32,000 bases of DNA from an uncultured Clostridia bacterium (GTDB taxonomy: Bacteria; Bacillota; Clostridia; TANB77; CAG-508): NCBI GenBank assembly GCA_944388655.1, contig CALXJP010000017.1, positions 2,137 through 34,136 on the forward strand, given 5' to 3'. The notes under the pieces are model-generated. The model did not search any database. It was not told where the DNA came from and worked only from the letters and a program-made list of their open reading frames with translations. Position numbers and translations under genes: made by a program. Below, one piece after another: positions 9,977-18,480 of the stretch. Positions within the stretch are counted from its first letter, which is position 1; each line of letters opens with the position of its first letter.

Positions 9977-10978
9977 TCAGGTATGATTATTTATTTGTAA
10001 ATTTTGTTTGATACTTTCTTGTACAAATTGCTGATATTCACTTGGAAGTGTCTGTATCTGAGTTCTATCATATATTTTTTTAGAATATATATATTTAACA
10101 TTAATAGACTCAGAAATTCGATTAACCTTATAGTGAATAAAAGTAACACAAGACTTGTTTTTAAAGGAACAAAGATACACATCATCTCCTAAACTCAATT
10201 CAATAGCATTACGATTTGGCTTTGCTTCCTCTCCATTTCGGAAAACTCTAATAATTTTTTGATTTGTATATGGATTTTTAAGAATGAGTTTTCCTTTTTC
10301 TAAAATAATAGATTTAAGAGTAGTATAAGTATTTTTTTGCTTCTCTTTAACAGTAGATTCTTCCTTTTCTTTATATGTTTCGTAAAGTATGTGTTCTATT
10401 CCATACATTCTGGCTTCTATTGCCTTTGCTTTATCAGCTGTTAATAGAATGCTTTTTTTATGTTTTTTTCCGTACTCGTATAAACTATCTCTATAACCAA
10501 TTCCTTTTTGAACGGGAACTGCCATATACTCACTAGGGTTGCTATAAATTAAGTCTATTAAAGAATTTGCTACATCTCCTATTTTTCCTTCTTCTCGTTT
10601 GCTAACTCGCAAAGAATCAAGTGCTCCTTTAAGAAAGATTTTCGGAATTCCACTATTATCTATACTGAGAATTTTTAGTATTTTGGGTACAAAAACTAAA
10701 CTCTCTGCATCTATAATTAGTTGCCTTTCAGGAGTATTCCGCCGTTTATTTTCGGCTATTTTCTCTTGTATTTGCTGTTTTGTTTCTGGAGATGTTTTTA
10801 ACGTTACCTGCATACAGGTATATTCCATCTCCAGCTTTTTAGCTAGCTCTGTCATAGAAGTAATCTCTTCTGTGCAGGCCATTTTAATTTTTATTAAATC
10901 TTCTTGCATTTCCTTTTTGTTTCTTCTACTCCGTTTTTCCATTTTCTTCTCCTTATGTAATAAGTATTTTTCTTGCAT
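9977..10978 (-). CDS. PIN-domain-like protein of unknown function with three in-frame CGG codons
   Basis: 333 aa; acidic PIN-like spacing (RQLIIDAESL..., EEGKIGDVANSLIDLI, GYRDSLYEYGKKHKKSILLTADKAKAIEARMYGIEHIL) preceded by a short HTH-like region (SMTELAKKLEMEYTCMQVTL). True start may be the internal Met of MEKRSRR. Confidence 0.6.
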   Translation of the reverse strand: MQEKYLLHKEKKMEKRSRRNKKEMQEDLIKIKMACTEEITSMTELAKKLEMEYTCMQVTLKTSPETKQQIQEKIAENKRRNTPERQLIIDAESLVFVPKILKILSIDNSGIPKIFLKGALDSLRVSKREEGKIGDVANSLIDLIYSNPSEYMAVPVQKGIGYRDSLYEYGKKHKKSILLTADKAKAIEARMYGIEHILYETYKEKEESTVKEKQKNTYTTLKSIILEKGKLILKNPYTNQKIIRVFRNGEEAKPNRNAIELSLGDDVYLCSFKNKSCVTFIHYKVNRISESINVKYIYSKKIYDRTQIQTLPSEYQQFVQESIKQNLQINNHT

Positions 10979-11043
10979 CTAAAATTTACATCATACCTCC
11001 TTTTAATTTTTAATTTAAAATTAGATATTTACATACATCTTAT

Positions 11044-11072
11044 ATATTATATCATGTTAACATAAATTTGTA
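11044..11072 (-). promoter_or_regulatory. Sigma-A-type promoter for the PIN-like gene
   Basis: Minus strand TTTACA (11072-11067), 17-nt spacer, TATAAT (11049-11044). Confidence 0.65.
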
Positions 11073-11078
11073 AATATT

Positions 11079-13209
11079 TTACTGTAAATAGATTTTGCTT
11101 CCCTTATTTACAGTAATACCACTTTTTGGGGTTTGCTCATTTACTATTATTTCTTCTTCATTTTCAACTTCTTGTTCTAATACAGGTTCTAATCCTAATT
11201 CTTGTAAAGTTTTTTTAGCTTCTGTATAATTCATGCCCTTTACATTAGGAATTTGAATTTGCTCAACGTTTTCTATTTGTTCTTCATTATCCTTTTTTGC
11301 CTCCAAATATGGCAATACCTCTGATAAAATCTGTCCTCCTACTGGTGCTGCCACACCACCTCCTTGGTGCCCCCCTTCTCCGGTCGGGTTATATAAGGTA
11401 ATAATCATGACTACTTCTGGAGATGAAATTGGTGCTATTCCTACAAAAGATGTTACATATTTTCCGGTATCTACACCATCTTCTGAGGTTCCTGTTTTTC
11501 CTCCTATTCTATATCCCTTTACTTGTGCATTTTTTCCGTGTGCCTTCTGCTACAACCGTTTCCATCATACTTAATATATTGTTGGCAGTTTCTTCTGAAA
11601 TAACTCTTTCTCCTGTTTTAATAGGCATATCGGTAACTTCTTTGGTTTGGCTATTGATTTTTTGTTTTACTATTCTTGGTGCTATATATGTTCCTTGATT
11701 AGCAATAGTAGCTAACATTGTTGCCATTTGGATTGGTGTTACTTCAAATCTCTGGCCAAAAGCTATGGTTCCTAATTCTACAGGTCCTACTTTTTCTTCT
11801 TTTAAGAAAATTGACCCAGCTTCTCCTGGTAAATCAATTCCCGTTCTTTTTAGAAATCCAAATTTATTCAAATACTCATAATATTTATGAACTCCAATTT
11901 TTTGTCCTAATCCTATAAAAACAGGATTACAGGAATTTTTTAATGCTTGCCTTAAACTTTCACTTCCATGTGGATTATAATATCTCCAACATTTCATTCT
12001 TACTCCTGCAATTTCTATAGAACCCGTACAGGTAAATTCTCCTTCTTTATCAGGAGTAGTGATTCCTTCTTCTAAGGCTGCAGATGCTGTTACTAATTTA
12101 AAAGTTGAGCCTGGCTCATATGTATCTGAAACAGCTTTATTTCTCCACATTTGCTGTAGTGCTGTATTCTTATCTTTTTGTTCCATTGTGTTCCAAGCAT
12201 TTTTTAGCTCTTCTGTATTTGGCTCATATGGTGTATTCAAGTTATAATTCGGATAACCTGCCATAGCAAGTATATCTCCTGTTTTTGGATTCATGATAAT
12301 GACATTGCCACCATCTGTACATGCATTATCTATGCAGGCTTCTTGTAAATATTTTTCAGCAATTCCTTGTATGGTAGCATCTATAGATAAAATCAAATCA
12401 TCTCCATCTATGGCACTTTGATAGGTTTCTGCTGTGTCTTCTATATCTCCTCCACTAGCATCTCTCATTTTTATAATTTTTCCTTGTGTTCCTTGCAAAG
12501 TTTTGTCGTATATGGCTTCTATTCCATCAAGTCCTTGATTATCACTTCCACAAAAACCAATTACTTGTGATGCCAAATGATTGAGTGGATAATATCTTTT
12601 TGTATCCTCATCTATGTTAATTCCTGACTCTATTTGATTTTCTTGCATCCATATACGTAATTCATCTGCTTTTTCTTTATCTACTTTCTTGATAATAGTT
12701 TCAATGGCACTTCTTTTTTTTACTTTTTTTAGTACAGTTTCATAATCTAGTTCAAAAATATCGGAAAATGCTTTTGCTACCTTTTCTTTATTTTCCTCCG
12801 CAATATTGGTAGGATTTACCGTAATTGTTTGAACTGTAGAACTAACTGCTAAAATGGTTTTTCCTGTTGCATCATATATAGTTCCTCTTTTTGGATTAAT
12901 ATTTCTATCCAGAGTTTGTTGTACATATGCCATAGCTTGTAATTCTTCTCCTTGTACAAACTGAATAAAACCTACTCTTACCATTAAACAAGTTAGCAGA
13001 AAGCAAACCACAAATAGTTCCCACTTAATTCTCTTTTTTCTAGTAAGGTTTCCTGAACTTTCTGCAATTTTTACTTGTTTTTTATTTTTCTTGTTAAAGT
13101 CTATTTTTCTTTTGTTTTTTAACTTTTTTATTTCTTTTTGTGAATCTTGTTTTTCTAGTTTTTTCTTTTCTTTACGTTTTATTTTTTGAATTTTTGTCTT
13201 TGCTCTCAT
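11079..13209 (-). CDS. spoVD: Class B penicillin-binding protein with C-terminal PASTA domain (SpoVD/FtsI-type), split by a +1 frameshift at an in-frame CGG (11536-11538)
   Basis: ORF 11509..13209 has TM, RGTIYDATG, SDTYEPGSTFK (SxxK) and SCN motifs; downstream frame carries KTG-type region (DTGKYVTSF), IITLYNPTGEGGHQGGGVAAPVGGQIL and PASTA (VPNVKGMNYTEAKKTLQELGLEPVL). Removing one nucleotide gives ...VVAEGTGKNAQVKGYRIGGKTGT.... Confidence 0.93.
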
Positions 13210-13266
13210 AAAAAAACCTCAACTTTTTTCATATATTACTAACATTTTTATGAAAAAGTTGAGATT

Positions 13267-13734
13267 TTATTCTCCTAAAATAGATTGTATTACTTGGCTA
13301 AACCAATTTCCTTCTTCGTCCATATGAATTTCTTCTACAGCTGGTTCAATATAGTCCTTCTTTGGCAAATTAATATATTTTTTCTGTGAATTATCTAATT
13401 TTTGCATACCTAAAGTTGTTTTTGCAGCTTGCTCTATGTTGGTTAAATTCAAACTTTGTTCTATTCCTACTCGTAATTGTTCATTTTCTTTTTGAATAAC
13501 ACTTAAATTATTTTTTAATTCTTCTTTTTTATTAAATGTTACTGCAATAAGTGAATTTCTATATCCTATAGCAAATAAAACCGAAAATCCCACAGCAATA
13601 TAAAGAATAGCTTTTACATTAGGTTTTAGCTTTCTCTTCATCGCTTTCTTTTTTGCCTTTTTTACTACTCTTTTTTTCGTTTTTGTATACTCTGGTTCAA
13701 TTTTTCTAGGACTGGTTTCATATTGATATGACAT
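13267..13734 (-). CDS. FtsL/DivIC-like division protein
   Basis: 155 aa; basic N-terminus, one TM, coiled coil NLSVIQKENEQLRVGIEQSLNLTNIEQAAKTTLGM; located between rsmH and the PBP gene. Confidence 0.8.
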   Translation of the reverse strand: MSYQYETSPRKIEPEYTKTKKRVVKKAKKKAMKRKLKPNVKAILYIAVGFSVLFAIGYRNSLIAVTFNKKEELKNNLSVIQKENEQLRVGIEQSLNLTNIEQAAKTTLGMQKLDNSQKKYINLPKKDYIEPAVEEIHMDEEGNWFSQVIQSILGE

Positions 13735-13744
13735 GAGAATTCAC

Positions 13745-14674
13745 TTACCTCCTTTCAAAAATTCTTAGTTTTGCACTTTTAGATCTAGAATTTTCCGTTT
13801 GTTCTTCTTCTGTTGCTATAATTGGCTTTTTGGTAATAATTTTTCCATAAGATACACAGCCACATACACAGTATGGTAAATCTTTTGGACAAGTACAAAT
13901 TCCTTCTTCCTCTATATAGGCTTTTTTTACTGCTCTATCTTCTAACGAATGGAAAGTGATAATGCATAAGCGACCACCTTTTTTTAAGCAATGTATACTT
14001 TGCTTTACTGTATCTACCAATGGTTCTATTTCATTATTTAGTTCTATTCGAATTGCTTGGAATGTTCTTTTGGCTGGATGACCATCATTTTGTTTGGATA
14101 AAGGAATCGATTTTTTTATAATTTCTACTAATTCATCTGTAGTTTGAATTTCTTTTTGTTCCCTTTGTTTTATTATATTATTGGCTATTCTTTTTGCAAA
14201 TCTTTCTTCTCCATAGTTTTCTAAAATATGGATTAACTTTTCTTCTGAATAATGATTCACTACGTCTTTTGCAGTAAGTAATTGGCTTTTGTCCATTCTC
14301 ATGTCTAGTATTCCCGTTCCCATGTAACTAAAGCCTCTTTCTCTTTCATCTAATTGATAAGAAGATACTCCTAAATCTAGTAATATCCCATCTACTTCTT
14401 GAATGTTTAGATTTTGTAATATATTTTGTATGTTTTGATGATTATCGTGTACATATATTACATTCGGAAATTGGTGTAATTTCTTTTTAGCAGCTTGTAA
14501 TGCTTCCTCGTCTCGATCTATTCCTATTAATAGTCCCTTTTCAGATAAACGATTCACTATTTCCAAGCTGTGCCCTGCTCCACCTAATGTTCCATCTACA
14601 TAAATTCCATCTTTTTTTATTTTTAACCCTTCTATACATTCTTTTAGCATGACAGGTTTATGTACAAATTCCAA
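13745..14674 (-). CDS. rsmH: 16S rRNA (cytosine1402-N4)-methyltransferase
   Basis: 309 aa; HKPVMLKECIEGL, YVDGTLGGAGHS, DGILLDLGVSSYQLD, ERGFSY, FHSLEDRAVK, SRSKSAKLRIFER. Confidence 0.97.
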   Translation of the reverse strand: MEFVHKPVMLKECIEGLKIKKDGIYVDGTLGGAGHSLEIVNRLSEKGLLIGIDRDEEALQAAKKKLHQFPNVIYVHDNHQNIQNILQNLNIQEVDGILLDLGVSSYQLDERERGFSYMGTGILDMRMDKSQLLTAKDVVNHYSEEKLIHILENYGEERFAKRIANNIIKQREQKEIQTTDELVEIIKKSIPLSKQNDGHPAKRTFQAIRIELNNEIEPLVDTVKQSIHCLKKGGRLCIITFHSLEDRAVKKAYIEEEGICTCPKDLPYCVCGCVSYGKIITKKPIIATEEEQTENSRSKSAKLRIFERR

Positions 14675-14882
14675 TTATTTCTCCTCTTACTACAATATTT
14701 CCTATATAGCACAAGCAGTTGGTAACCATAAAAGCTACCAACTGTTGTCCTTTTTCTTCTGTTCCCTTTTATTTATCTTTTGCAAGAAAAGTTTTTTATT
14801 CTTTTCTTTTGTTTTTTATATAGTTTTCCTTTTGTAGTTCTACTACTCTTTTGTAAAATTTATATAAACTTTATAAAAAAGA

Positions 14883-15314
14883 TTATATACCAAGCATTGT
14901 CATATTTTCGGCTATTGCATCTGCTGATATATTTTCATCACTGTTATAAGCTTTCCAATTAGCTTGATTCCAAATTTCAAGTCTAGTTCCTACACCAATA
15001 ATTACTGCATCTTTTTCTAATTTTGCATATTCTCTTAAATTTCCTGCAATAAGAAATCTACCTTGTTTGTCTATTTCACATTCCATAGCTCCAGATAGAA
15101 AGAATCTGACAAAATCTCTTGCATTTTTATTGGTAAGTGGAAGGGATTTTAATTTTTCCTCAAAGTTTGTCCACTCATTCTGCGAAAAACAAAATAAGCA
15201 ACCATCTAATCCTTTTGTTACTATGAACTTTTCTCCAATATCTTCTCGTAGTTTTGCTGGCATAATCAATCTGCCTTTTGCATCTAGAGAATGTTCATAT
15301 TCACCGATTAACAC
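14883..15314 (-). CDS. mraZ: Transcriptional regulator MraZ (GTG start)
   Basis: 143 aa; [50 protein letters not shown]; minus-strand Shine-Dalgarno ggaggtg upstream of GTG at 15314. Confidence 0.95.
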   Translation of the reverse strand: MLIGEYEHSLDAKGRLIMPAKLREDIGEKFIVTKGLDGCLFCFSQNEWTNFEEKLKSLPLTNKNARDFVRFFLSGAMECEIDKQGRFLIAGNLREYAKLEKDAVIIGVGTRLEIWNQANWKAYNSDENISADAIAENMTMLGI

Positions 15315-15340
15315 TTTGATTCACCTCCATGTTTTTTATG

Positions 15341-15366
15341 CCACTTTATACCACTTCGCTCCACTT
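15341..15366 (-). promoter_or_regulatory. Candidate MraZ operator (three direct repeats, 10-bp period)
   Basis: Plus strand ccactt at 15341, 15351 and 15361; minus strand reads AAGTGGagcgAAGTGGtataAAGTGG, directly downstream of the mraZ -10. Confidence 0.75.
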
Positions 15367-15373
15367 TTATTAA

Positions 15374-15402
15374 ATTCTAATACAAAACGTTAGAAAATGC
15401 AA
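15374..15402 (-). promoter_or_regulatory. Promoter of the mraZ / dcw operon
   Basis: Minus strand TTGCAT (15402-15397), 17-nt spacer, TAGAAT (15379-15374). Confidence 0.6.
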
Positions 15403-15502
15403 TACTTTTTTTGATATTTTTTTAACTTTTTTCTTAGAGGCACAAATGTTTGCTCGTTTTTTTACTTTTATTCTCTTTGTTTTTTTAGATATTTTTCAAC
15501 AA

Positions 15503-15550
15503 AAAAATCACCCAAAATTACCCATTTTTGTGCACTTTTTGGTGATTTTT
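15503..15550. terminator. Hairpin downstream of the sortase gene
   Basis: Inverted arms aaaaatcacc (15503-15512) / ggtgattttt (15541-15550), flanked by A/T homopolymer runs giving a minus-strand T run. Confidence 0.5.
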
Positions 15551-15660
15551 TGCGTGATTTTTTTCGTGTTTTTTTTCAATAATTCTTTCCATCATTTTTT
15601 ATGATTTTTTTATTGATTTTTCCACTAATTTATTAATTTTTTGTAATTTTTTAATTCTTT

Positions 15661-16377
15661 TTATTTTTCTCTTGCTTTTACAATTAATCTTTGTTGCCCG
15701 TAATTGGTACAAGTAATTAATGTGATTTCTCTTTTTCCATTTGTTAATTGACTAGTACATCTTGTATCTGTAGGTTCTACAACATATCTATCATATACTG
15801 TATATGTAACGGTTCTACCATTATTATCTGTTAATTCAATAATATCTCCATTGGTAATTTCATTTAATTTTCCAAACATAGTTTTATTTTTATAATTATG
15901 TCCTACTATACAATAGTTTCCTACTTCATTTGGTGCTGGTCCCCAATATTTGTTAACTGAAATTTTTAATAATTCTTCTGAAGTTTCTGCCAATACCGGA
16001 TAGTTAATTCCTAATTGAGGAATATTTAATATTGCTTCAATATTATATTCTCCACTTGCTGTTTGTACTTTTTTCTCCACTGGCTCTTCTTCTATAACAG
16101 GAACTATCTCTGGTTCAGCTTCTATTTGCTCACTCATAGCCACAACAATAACATCATTTTTCTCTACTTTTTTGATGGTACTATCTTGTTGAATGGCTGC
16201 TAAAATTTCTTGTGATACTTCTTCACTGGCACTTCTATCATATTCTGCATAAATGTAGTATGTAAATAATAGGCACACTAAAAGAATCGCAAAAGCACAT
16301 TGAAATTTATACCATTTCTTTTTTCTGCGAAGTTCTGGAGTTACATATAATTTTTTAGTAATTAAAATTTGATTCAT
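15661..16377 (-). CDS. Sortase family protein
   Basis: 238 aa; N-terminal TM, IPQLGINYPV, YCIVGHNYKNKTMFGKLNEI (catalytic His), ITLITCTNYGQQRLIVKA (TLxTC plus Arg). Confidence 0.9.
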   Translation of the reverse strand: MNQILITKKLYVTPELRRKKKWYKFQCAFAILLVCLLFTYYIYAEYDRSASEEVSQEILAAIQQDSTIKKVEKNDVIVVAMSEQIEAEPEIVPVIEEEPVEKKVQTASGEYNIEAILNIPQLGINYPVLAETSEELLKISVNKYWGPAPNEVGNYCIVGHNYKNKTMFGKLNEITNGDIIELTDNNGRTVTYTVYDRYVVEPTDTRCTSQLTNGKREITLITCTNYGQQRLIVKAREK

Positions 16378-16426
16378 GCTCCTTTTTTCTCCTATCTTTC
16401 ATACTATATGTATTATATCAATTTTT

Positions 16427-17281
16427 TTACTTGCTTGCAATATTTTTTTCAAAAGTTTGATTGGCAATTTCAGCAAATTGCTCTATCGTCAGGTTTTCCC
16501 CTCTTATATTTTCAGGTATATGTAAATTTTGTAATATTTTTTGCATGGCTTGCTTTTCCATTTTTTGACTAACAGCATTTAAAAATGTTTTTCTTCTTTG
16601 CATAAAAGCAAGTTGTATAATTTCAAAAAATAATTTTTCATCTTTTACTTTTACACAAGGACTTTTTCTAATTTCTAGTTGTATTACTTGTGAATCTACT
16701 TTAGGTTCTGGAATAAAACTTTTACTTGGTACTGTGAGTACAGTTTTTGCTTCACTATAATAATCCACCGCATAAGTAATGCTTCCTGCTAATCTTGTTC
16801 CTGTTTTTGCCGTTAACCTTTGTGCTACTTCTTTTTGCACCATAATGGTTATACTCGTAACTGGCAATTTTTCTTCTAAAAGCTTCATAACAATAGGTGT
16901 AGTTATATAATAGGGTAAATTAGCAACAATTTTTACTGATGAGCAGTGTTCTTGTTCAATTACTTTTTGTAGGTTTACTTGTAGAACATCTTGTTCTATG
17001 AGTGTAAAATTAGAATATAATTGAAATCTATCTTGTAAAACACTAATCATTCTAGTATCTAATTCAATAGCTAATACTTTTTTGGCTTTTTCTAATAAGT
17101 ATTGTGTAAGAGTTCCTAAGCCTGGTCCAATTTCAATAACTAAATCTTCTTTGGTAATTTGAGCAGCAGTAACTATTCCTGCAATAGCTTCATCATCAAT
17201 TAAAAAATTTTGCCCCAGTTTTTTATTAGCTGTTAGATGATATTTTTTTAATAAATACATAGTTTCTTGATAGCTATTCAC
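16427..17281 (-). CDS. rsmA: 16S rRNA (adenine1518-N6/adenine1519-N6)-dimethyltransferase (KsgA)
   Basis: 284 aa; KLGQNFLIDD, VIEIGPGLGTLT, ELD, VANLPYYITTPI, MVQKEVAQRL, FIPEPKVDSQV. Confidence 0.96.
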   Translation of the reverse strand: MNSYQETMYLLKKYHLTANKKLGQNFLIDDEAIAGIVTAAQITKEDLVIEIGPGLGTLTQYLLEKAKKVLAIELDTRMISVLQDRFQLYSNFTLIEQDVLQVNLQKVIEQEHCSSVKIVANLPYYITTPIVMKLLEEKLPVTSITIMVQKEVAQRLTAKTGTRLAGSITYAVDYYSEAKTVLTVPSKSFIPEPKVDSQVIQLEIRKSPCVKVKDEKLFFEIIQLAFMQRRKTFLNAVSQKMEKQAMQKILQNLHIPENIRGENLTIEQFAEIANQTFEKNIASK

Positions 17282-17333
17282 TATATTTCTTCCTCTCTTT
17301 CTGCTTTATTATACCATATGCTTTTAGTGATGT

Positions 17334-17687
17334 CTACATTTCATAATTTTCAATATGCCTTAAAAAGCTTTGTTTTTCATTAATAACAATTTCTATAACA
17401 TCAAACTGAATAGCATTTTCTAACAGATGATTTTTAGATAAGTAATATGTTGCCACATACCTAATATTTCTTTTCTTTTGTATTGTTACAGCTTCTATAG
17501 GAAGTCCATATTTTTCGTTTGTTCTTAATTTTACTTCTATAAAAATTATGGTTTGTTTCTTTTGGGCAATAATATCTATTTCTTTGTGATGGAAATAAAA
17601 ATTTTTTTCTAATATTTTATAATGATTTGCTTCTAAATAACATGTAGCTATTTCTTCTCCTAATTTTCCTAGTATTTTTCGATTCAT
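17334..17687 (-). CDS. yraN: UPF0102/YraN-family nuclease-like protein
   Basis: 117 aa; GKLGEEIATCYLEANHYKILEKNFYFHHKEIDIIAQKKQTIIFIEVKLR. Confidence 0.9.
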   Translation of the reverse strand: MNRKILGKLGEEIATCYLEANHYKILEKNFYFHHKEIDIIAQKKQTIIFIEVKLRTNEKYGLPIEAVTIQKKRNIRYVATYYLSKNHLLENAIQFDVIEIVINEKQSFLRHIENYEM

Positions 17688-18391
17688 CTTTTCTCCTTTA
17701 ATTTATATATATTTCCTTCTTTTATAGCAATTCCTTCTATTTCCATCATACTTAATTTTTGTAAAATTTGTTGTGGCTTTTCTTGTAATTTTTGTACAAT
17801 TTCATTAATGGTATGCGGTCTTTGTGATAAAAGGGAATATATATTCGTTTGTTTTGTGTGACGGGCATGAACTATTTTTACTGGTGTGCTAAGGGGTACT
17901 AAATACCTTGTATCTATTTGACTTAAAATTTGAGCAGGTTGAAATACCATAGTAGCTCCTCTTTCTAATAATTGCTGAATCCCCTTTGCATTTTTACTAT
18001 CTAACGGGTTGGGAATAACAAATACTTTTTTGTTTTGCTCTTTTGCATACCCTGCTGTGATTTTCGCTCCACTACGAATTCCTGCTTCTATAACTAATAC
18101 TGCTTGAGATATTTGACTAATGATTTGATTTCTTTTAGGGAAATTTTTTGTATTGGCTTGTACACTAGGAGAATATTCACTCATTAATAATCCTCCATTT
18201 TCTACTATGGCTTGTGCTAATTGGTAGTTTTCTTCTGGATATATGTAATGAAATCCACCTCCTAAAACGGCAATGGTTTTTCCTCCTTCTTCTAAACATG
18301 TTTGATGAGCAATGGTATCAATTCCTAGTGCTAAACCACTAACAATAACCATACCATTTCTTGTTAGTTCTGCGGAAAACTTTTTTGCCAT
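17684..18391 (-). CDS. dprA: DNA processing protein DprA/Smf, N-terminally truncated
   Basis: Rossmann core GMVIVSGLALGIDTIAHQTCLEEGGKTIAVLGGGFHYIYPEEN and NQIISQISQAVLVIEAGIRSGAKITA. The frame is open a little further upstream (INIYYLGNQELLQKSSIAIVGSRKATDYGKK) but without ATG/GTG/TTG before a stop next to the comM end. Confidence 0.88.
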   Translation of the reverse strand: MAKKFSAELTRNGMVIVSGLALGIDTIAHQTCLEEGGKTIAVLGGGFHYIYPEENYQLAQAIVENGGLLMSEYSPSVQANTKNFPKRNQIISQISQAVLVIEAGIRSGAKITAGYAKEQNKKVFVIPNPLDSKNAKGIQQLLERGATMVFQPAQILSQIDTRYLVPLSTPVKIVHARHTKQTNIYSLLSQRPHTINEIVQKLQEKPQQILQKLSMMEIEGIAIKEGNIYKLKEKR

Positions 18392-18480
18392 TTTCTTTCC
18401 ATAGTCTGTTGCTTTTCTTGAGCCTACTATAGCAATACTAGATTTTTGTAATAATTCTTGATTTCCTAAATAATAAATAT

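Noticed and set aside
9991-10192. Short ORFs 9991..10185 (-) and 10004..10192 (+)
   Set aside because: Overlap the 333-aa ORF in other frames, low-complexity, no ribosome-binding evidence.
14649-14962. Short ORFs 14649..14837 and 14780..14962
   Set aside because: Hydrophobic low-complexity translations in the AT-rich rsmH-mraZ gap; no recognisable product.
15401-15660. A/T-rich repeated motif (aaaaaatcac / gtgatttttt) as a CRISPR or replication-origin-like array
   Set aside because: Irregular, very short and low complexity; best explained by a terminator hairpin in AT-rich intergenic DNA.
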